Shown in pieces: positions 57,265 to 64,000 of a stretch of DNA of 64,000 nt; position 1 is the first letter of the stretch; every line of letters starts with the position of its first letter. The stretch comes from the human T2T-CHM13v2.0 reference genome, Homo sapiens. The stretch is taken from NCBI RefSeq assembly GCF_009914755.1, contig NC_060932.1; one strand, written 5' to 3'. Made by a program: the position numbers and the translations under genes. The notes under the pieces are model-generated. The model searched no databases. It was not told the origin of the DNA and saw only the letters and a list, made by a program, of their open reading frames with translations.

Positions 57265-57948
57265 ATGGTCAGATAACATTTTGTATGATTTCAATCTGTT
57301 TTAAATTTGGTTAAACTAAATAAAAAAGTAAAGAAAGACAGAAAGATAAATTTGGTTAAACTTACAAAATGTGTTTAGCGGGGGCCAGATAACTTTTGAT
57401 TTTGGTGACTATCCCATATGTGCCAGGGAGGAGCTTGTATTTTGCTGCTGTCATGATGTTCATTTGATCAAGGTGGTTCTCAGTGTAGTTCGAGTCTTCT
57501 ATACCCTTACCGATTTTATTGCCTACTTGTTCGATCATTCACAGACAGTACTGATGTGTCTAACTACAATTGTGGATCTGTCTATTTATCCTTTTGGCTT
57601 TATTAGTTTTTACTGTATGTATTTTGAAGCTATATTAATTAATAAAACACACTTAATATTGTTATGTATTCTTGATGTAATTATTTTTTTTTAACTCTGG
57701 GAATATTTCTTGTTCTGAAGCCTACTTTAAAAATATTAATATAGCACCCTCTCCCCCCAGCTTTCTTATGACTTGTGTTTGCTTGGCGTTAAATTTTCCA
57801 TTCTTTTACTTTTAATCATTTGTGTCTTTATACATCCAGCACATAGGTGGGTCTTACTTTTCACAAAATGTGACAATCTCTACTTTTTAATTGAGGTACT
57901 TAGACTGCTTACACGAAATAAGAGTTTTAATAGAATTATTAGCAGTAG

Positions 57949-58545
<597 letters not shown>

Positions 58546-59783
58546 TAATATTTCTTTCTGCTTTGCCTCCAATACTTTCTCTTAATCTTTGTTATTTAGC
58601 AGCTTGATTGTGGTGTGTTTAAGTGTGTCCTGCTGTGTTTCTCTGAGAATTCGGATCTGTTTGCTGTCTTTCATTACTTTTAGGAGATTCATGTCCATTT
58701 TCACTTAAAATATTTATTCTGCCCTGTTTTATTTATTTTTCTTTCTTCTCTCTCTGGTACACAAATTACACATATGGTAGATTGTTTGACATAGTTTCAC
58801 AGCTAAATTTTTGTTATGTTATTATTATCTTCTTACTCTTTTTCTATTTGTGTTTGTTTGGAAATGTCTATTGCTATATCTTCAAGTTCACTGATTATAT
58901 CTGCTCTGTCTAGTTTGATTATTAAAGCTTTTTGGAAAAGTCATTCATGTCTGATATGATGTTTTTCATTGCTAGCACTTTCATATGACTATTAAATTCT
59001 CATGTCTTTATTTTCCCATTATGTTCATGCATATTGTTTATCTTTACCACTAGTCCCTAAAACATTATAATTGTAATTATTTTAAGGTTACTGTTTGAGA
59101 GTTCCAACAGCTGGGCCATCTCTGGGTCTGCTTTTGTTGTTTACTTTATCTCTTAACAGAAGTTTCTCAGCAACCCCTTTCAACATATATGTATTTCTTG
59201 TCATTTTAGATTGTCTGTCATTTGTTATGTGTAAAAGAACAGTATAAGACTGAAATAAATAATATTTGTGTTCAGAAATGGGTACACCTCTCCTTCAGTT
59301 AGGTGTTTACATTAGTAGGTTGAATTAATTCTGTTAGTAGTTAAGCTAGGTTTGAGTTTTAATGTTGTTATAGTTATATCCAGCGTGTCACAGACTCCAA
59401 ATTCCTTTCAAGGTGAAATGATGCGAGTTCTATTGTTTTAGGGGTGAGGCTAAGTGTCCTAGAAGACTATTATTAGTATGCCTGACTCACCCTCAGCTGG
59501 CAGAAGGCCCTTCATGCCACACCATGTGGAGGGAGGTGTTTCCTCTTGCCCTGTCTCTCCTCATGTGTTCACTGATACTGTCTGTTACCCAGCTTAAGGG
59601 TCCCCCTGGGATGTAGTTGTTTCTTGATTCTCCTGATCCAGTATCAGTCTTAGGCAGGGCCTCTGTGTCTCAGCCTCAGGGCTTGACTTTCTGTACTATA
59701 TGGGATGAGCAAGTGTTCTTTCTCCCTCTTAGAACCAGTAGGCCTCTGCTTTGTATCCTTGTAGGATCCTGGACATGATCAGG

Positions 59784-60249
59784 TGTATTTGTTTATGATG
59801 GCTGCTATAACAAATTACACAAACTTTGTGGCTCAAAACAACAGAAAGTTATTCTCTTACAGTTCTGGAGGCAAGAATTTTGAGATTAAGGTGTTGGTAG
59901 GGCCATGCTTCCTCTAGAGGCTCCAGGGGAAAATCTATTCCATGCCTCTTCCAGAGTCTGGGGTCTGCGTGCAATCCTTGGCTTTTGGCCACATCCCTCC
60001 AATCTCTGCTTCCACAGTCACATTGCCTGCCTGCTCCTCTTATGTGTGTGTAGTCAAATTTCCCTCTACCTCCATCTTATGTGGTTGCATTTAGGGCCTA
60101 CATGGATAATCCTGGATAAGCTCCCAATTATGTTAAGGTTCTTAACTTAATCACATCTTCAAAGACCTTCTTTCCAAATAAGGTAACATGTGAAGGTTCT
60201 AGGGATAAAGACTTGATGTATCTAGGGGTGTTACTCAGCCCATTACTGC
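59784..60249 (-). mobile_element. MLT1C-like solo LTR
   Basis: ggctgctataacaaattacac...cagttctggaggc...ggtgttggtagggccatgc. Confidence 0.82.
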
Positions 60250-61551
60250 ATGTTTCTTTTCCCTTCCTTAGTGCCAGAGGGGGTTTGCCTTGTATCAGTG
60301 ATGAGTGGGGGACAGGTTTCTATTCCTCCCTTCTATTCTCCTGAAAGTGGCCTTGATTTTTGGAACAGAAGAGCCTCCTACCCCTCTTTTTGTAGCGAAC
60401 AGCCTTGTCTCTACCCCTGCCCTGGCATCTGCTAAGCTTTGTAATTGGGGCTGCAGGATGTGGGAGGGTTTTGGGTAATCAGTGGCAGCTGATTAGAACT
60501 GTATAAGTTGTGTCAGCAAAGGAAACCAAGTCTTGCTCTGACCCTCAAAATTTCCCTGCACACCCATTAGAGTTTCAAGGAAAGGAGTTGGTGAGAGGGT
60601 GTATAATCCCTTTACATCTGGAACTCCCAGCACTTTTTACTGTCATACTAATACACACTCAGCCATCAAGAATCCATTAAAATTTAGTTATTTTCTTTCT
60701 GAAAATAGCTTTATATACCTACCACATCTGTTTAAGGAAAAAACAGTTAGTGTGGCCTGTCTCTCTCTAGAAGAGTTAGACATCCTATGGAATTGTTTAC
60801 CTGGTAGCTTTGCAACTTCTGCTTTTTGACAAATTTAAAAATTAATAACTTTGTAGATTATCTGTTTCTTTTCTCATTATTAGGCTGGGAGCGAGGCTAT
60901 GTTGTGGCTTTCTGTATCCTAAGAGGAGGGAAACTTATTTTCCTTCTATTTAGTAGTTCATTTTTTATTTTGATAATCTTTTGTAGATTTTATGTAGAGG
61001 GTTCCACTATATTCATTCATTCATGACCATATATTTGATATTTTGGTGCTGTTTTAGGAAACTCATTTTTAAAGTTCAGTTTTCTAGTATAGTATGCTTA
61101 TATATAAAATTCAGCAGATTTTTATATTCATACCTATTAATCTTAATCATTCCTTTGTAGGTAATTTTGAATGTTCTATTTATACAATCATATTGTTTAT
61201 AAATAATGGCTATTTTATTTATTCCTATTTTAATCTTAATTATGTATTTTTCATGACTTTTGGGTATGAAAAATTGAATGTAAGAGGGGATATTAAACAT
61301 TCCTATCTCATTTCCCATCTCAGTCATAAAGCTTTTAAAATGTTGCTGTTAGGTATGATGTTGTATATGATTTTGAATATCATTGATAAAGTCAAACACA
61401 TTTCATTCTATTACTAATTTTCTATTTTAAAAAATTATAAGTAGGTGTTATATTTTATCAATTGATTCTCCACCCTAATGGAATTTTTATATATTTTTCT
61501 TCTTTATTATATTAGTGTTGCAAAATGCATTAAACCCCCTAGCAGTGGGGT

Positions 61552-62190
61552 AGTACCACTGTGGAAAATAGTATGGAAGTTCCTCAAAAAAGTAAAAATA
61601 CAACTACAATATTACCCAGAATCCCATTTCTGGGTACATAACCAAAAGAATTGACATAGGGTCTTAAAGAGAGACCTGAACTCCCATGCACATTGCATTA
61701 TTCACAAAAGCCAAGATATGAAAATAACTCAAATCTCTATTGACAAACACTAATGGATAAATAAAGTGTTATATGTGTATGTTAATATGTATGTGTGTGT
61801 GTGTGTGAATATTATTTAGCCTTTAAATAGAAGGAAATCTTACCATTTAAGGATAAAGGAAGATCTTACCATTTGTGACAGGGTGGATAGACCTGAAAGA
61901 CATTATGCTAAGTGAAATAAGTCAGTCACAGAAAAACAAATACTGCGTGATTTCTATTATATAAGGTATCTAAAATAGTCAAACTTATAGAAGCAGAAAA
62001 TAGACTGGTGGTTGACAGGGGTTGGGGGGAAGGATAAATGGGGAGTGTATAAAGTTACAGTTATATAAGACGAATATATTCTAGGTATCAGTTTTACAAC
62101 CTAATGCCTATAGTTAACAGCATGGTGCTGTGCCCTTACAATTTTGTTAAGAGGGTAGATCTCATGTTAAGTGCTCTTACTACAAAGAAA
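61552..62190 (+). mobile_element. L1MA(8/9)-like 3' end
   Basis: ccactgtggaaaatagtatggaagttcctc...gagggtagatctcatgttaagtgctctta. Confidence 0.85.
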
Positions 62191-62629
62191 GCAAAGAGAC
62201 ACCAGGGAAAATTCTGGAGATAATGGATATATTTATTACCTTGATTGTAGTGATGGTATCTTGGGCATATGCTTATGTCCAAACTCATCAGATTGTATAC
62301 ATTAAATATGTACAGTTTTCTTGTATATCAATTACATCCCAATAAAGATGTAAAAATAAAGAAAAAGATGATTCAAATAAAATAAAATGTGATTAATTCA
62401 TAAAAAATAACAACTGAATGTTAAGGTATTTAAAAAAGGCCTATTTTTCAAGTATTATGTTGAAATTTTGGTGAATATTTTGATGTAGGCATTGTCTAAA
62501 TTAATTTTCAACTATTTTTAGGAATGGTACTATTTTTTGAGCCAGGTATTTCTCTTCTTGCATCACCTCAAAATGCTTACTGAAAAGAAAAAATCTGTGG
62601 TACTACAGAAAAGAATGGGGAATGAGCCT

Positions 62630-62780
62630 GAATTATTTTCCAAGGGAACATGTTCTACCTGATGAATCTAATCTTCCATGACAGGGTGATTCTGTTTAAA
62701 GATGGGAAGATAGTGACAGGTGTAATATATCTTGACTTGAGCAAAGTTTGGATTCTCTACTGCATGACACATGGGTTTCA
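62630..62780 (+). mobile_element. CR1/L3 LINE reverse-transcriptase relic
   Basis: Translates ...HDRVILFKDGKIVTGVIYLDLSKV, resembling the CR1 RT motif IYLDFSKAFD. Confidence 0.6.
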
Positions 62781-63339
62781 TATTAAAAATATATTGTAAG
62801 TTACAAATGCTAGGTACATACCTAGTCATGTTTTTTCTTGGATAATATTTTGTGTTTGAAAGTTGTTTTCTAAAATGATGGACTGAAATGTTGGAATGTT
62901 AGAAACCAGAAGTCATCTTCAGCTCCTCCTTCACTTTGGCTTACCTTACCTTTTGGCCCTCAAATTCAGTGAATTCTACTATGAAGGATGCTAGCTGAAT
63001 TTCATAGTGTGTAAACACTGCATGACACCACGATTTTGAGCCTTGGTTATGAGGTTAGAGGTTAGATATGAGGTATCTAAAATAGTCAAACTTACAGAAG
63101 CAGAAAATAGACTGCTGGTTGACAGGGGTTGGGAGGAAGGATATATACTATCCTAAGAGAAAAACCTAAATCCTCATTTTTTACATAAAGCTTTCTCTCT
63201 GTCAGTTAGAAAAACGTCTTCTATTGGAATTTTAAAAAACCATTCTTTCTTATGACAGTCTTAAACCATTGGAAGTAGTTTGGTTTTTATGCAGAACACT
63301 GGAGAATTTGAACATGTTAATAATATTGTTTTTTTATTT

Positions 63340-64000
63340 TTTATCAGGATCACTCTGGTAACTCATGAGAATAAAAAATAAGATGCAAGGACAAAAGAAA
63401 AAGGAGTAGACAGGATCCCATTGTAGTGACATAGGGAGGAGATGGTGGGGCCTGTAGCAGGTGAGCAGCAGTAGAGTAAGACGTGGTCAGATTCTGGATG
63501 TATTCTCAAGGCAGCACTAACAGAATTTGCTGCTTTATGGGACATGGTGTATGATGAAAATAACATAATTTAGAATGATCCCAATGTTATTGGTCTGAAT
63601 AACTAGAAAATTGGAGTTGGTGTTAACTGAGATAGGGTAAACCTGGAAAGCTAATATTTAGCGTAGAGATGGGGAGTTCAGATTTAGACTTGTGACACAT
63701 GAGTAACCCAGATGTGCAACTGGAAATTTTGAGTGAGTCATTATATACAGAAGGCTGACAGTAAGGAGAGAGGTCTGGTCTGGAAATAAAATGGTTTGGA
63801 AATAAAATTTGGGATTTGCCAGTGTTATATACTATGTGAAGCCTTGTGACAGGTTAAGATAACACAGGGAGTGGGTGTAGAGAAAGGAAGAGACCATAAG
63901 ACTGATATCTGATGTACTCTGGTGTTCAGAAGTTGCAGAATGAGAATAATATAGAAAAGGGGGCTGAGAAATAGTTAAGAGAAAGGCAATGATGTGTGCT
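63340..64000. mobile_element. L2 fragment
   Basis: ggatcactctgg...gtggtcagattctggatgtattctcaagg...ggagagaggtctgg. Confidence 0.8.

Overview
Primate (human or ape-type) genomic DNA, as shown by AluY/S/J, L1PA, THE1 and HERV-K LTR5 elements. It appears intergenic or deep intronic and is dominated by interspersed repeats. I recognise no host protein-coding exon. The supplied ORFs are Alu, LTR, simple-repeat or chance frames, except for decayed Tigger1 transposase fragments. Content includes about 14 Alus, old L1 and L2 fragments, MIRs, many MaLR and ERV LTRs, an apparently full-length MLT1 LTR-int-LTR element, a near-complete Tigger1, several tandem repeats and two good CTCF motif matches. The standout is a 2,238-bp HERV-K(HML-2) structure at 48361-50598. 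Two LTR5 copies lie in INVERTED orientation with both U5 ends facing outward, and one shared 6-bp target-site duplication (AGGAAG) brackets the whole unit inside an L2 relic. The 245-bp spacer holds a 12-nt filler, a 200-bp near-identical copy of host DNA from 2.5 kb upstream, and a 33-nt env-end/PPT remnant. Repeat subfamily names are from recalled consensus sequences, were not computed, and need RepeatMasker/Dfam confirmation.
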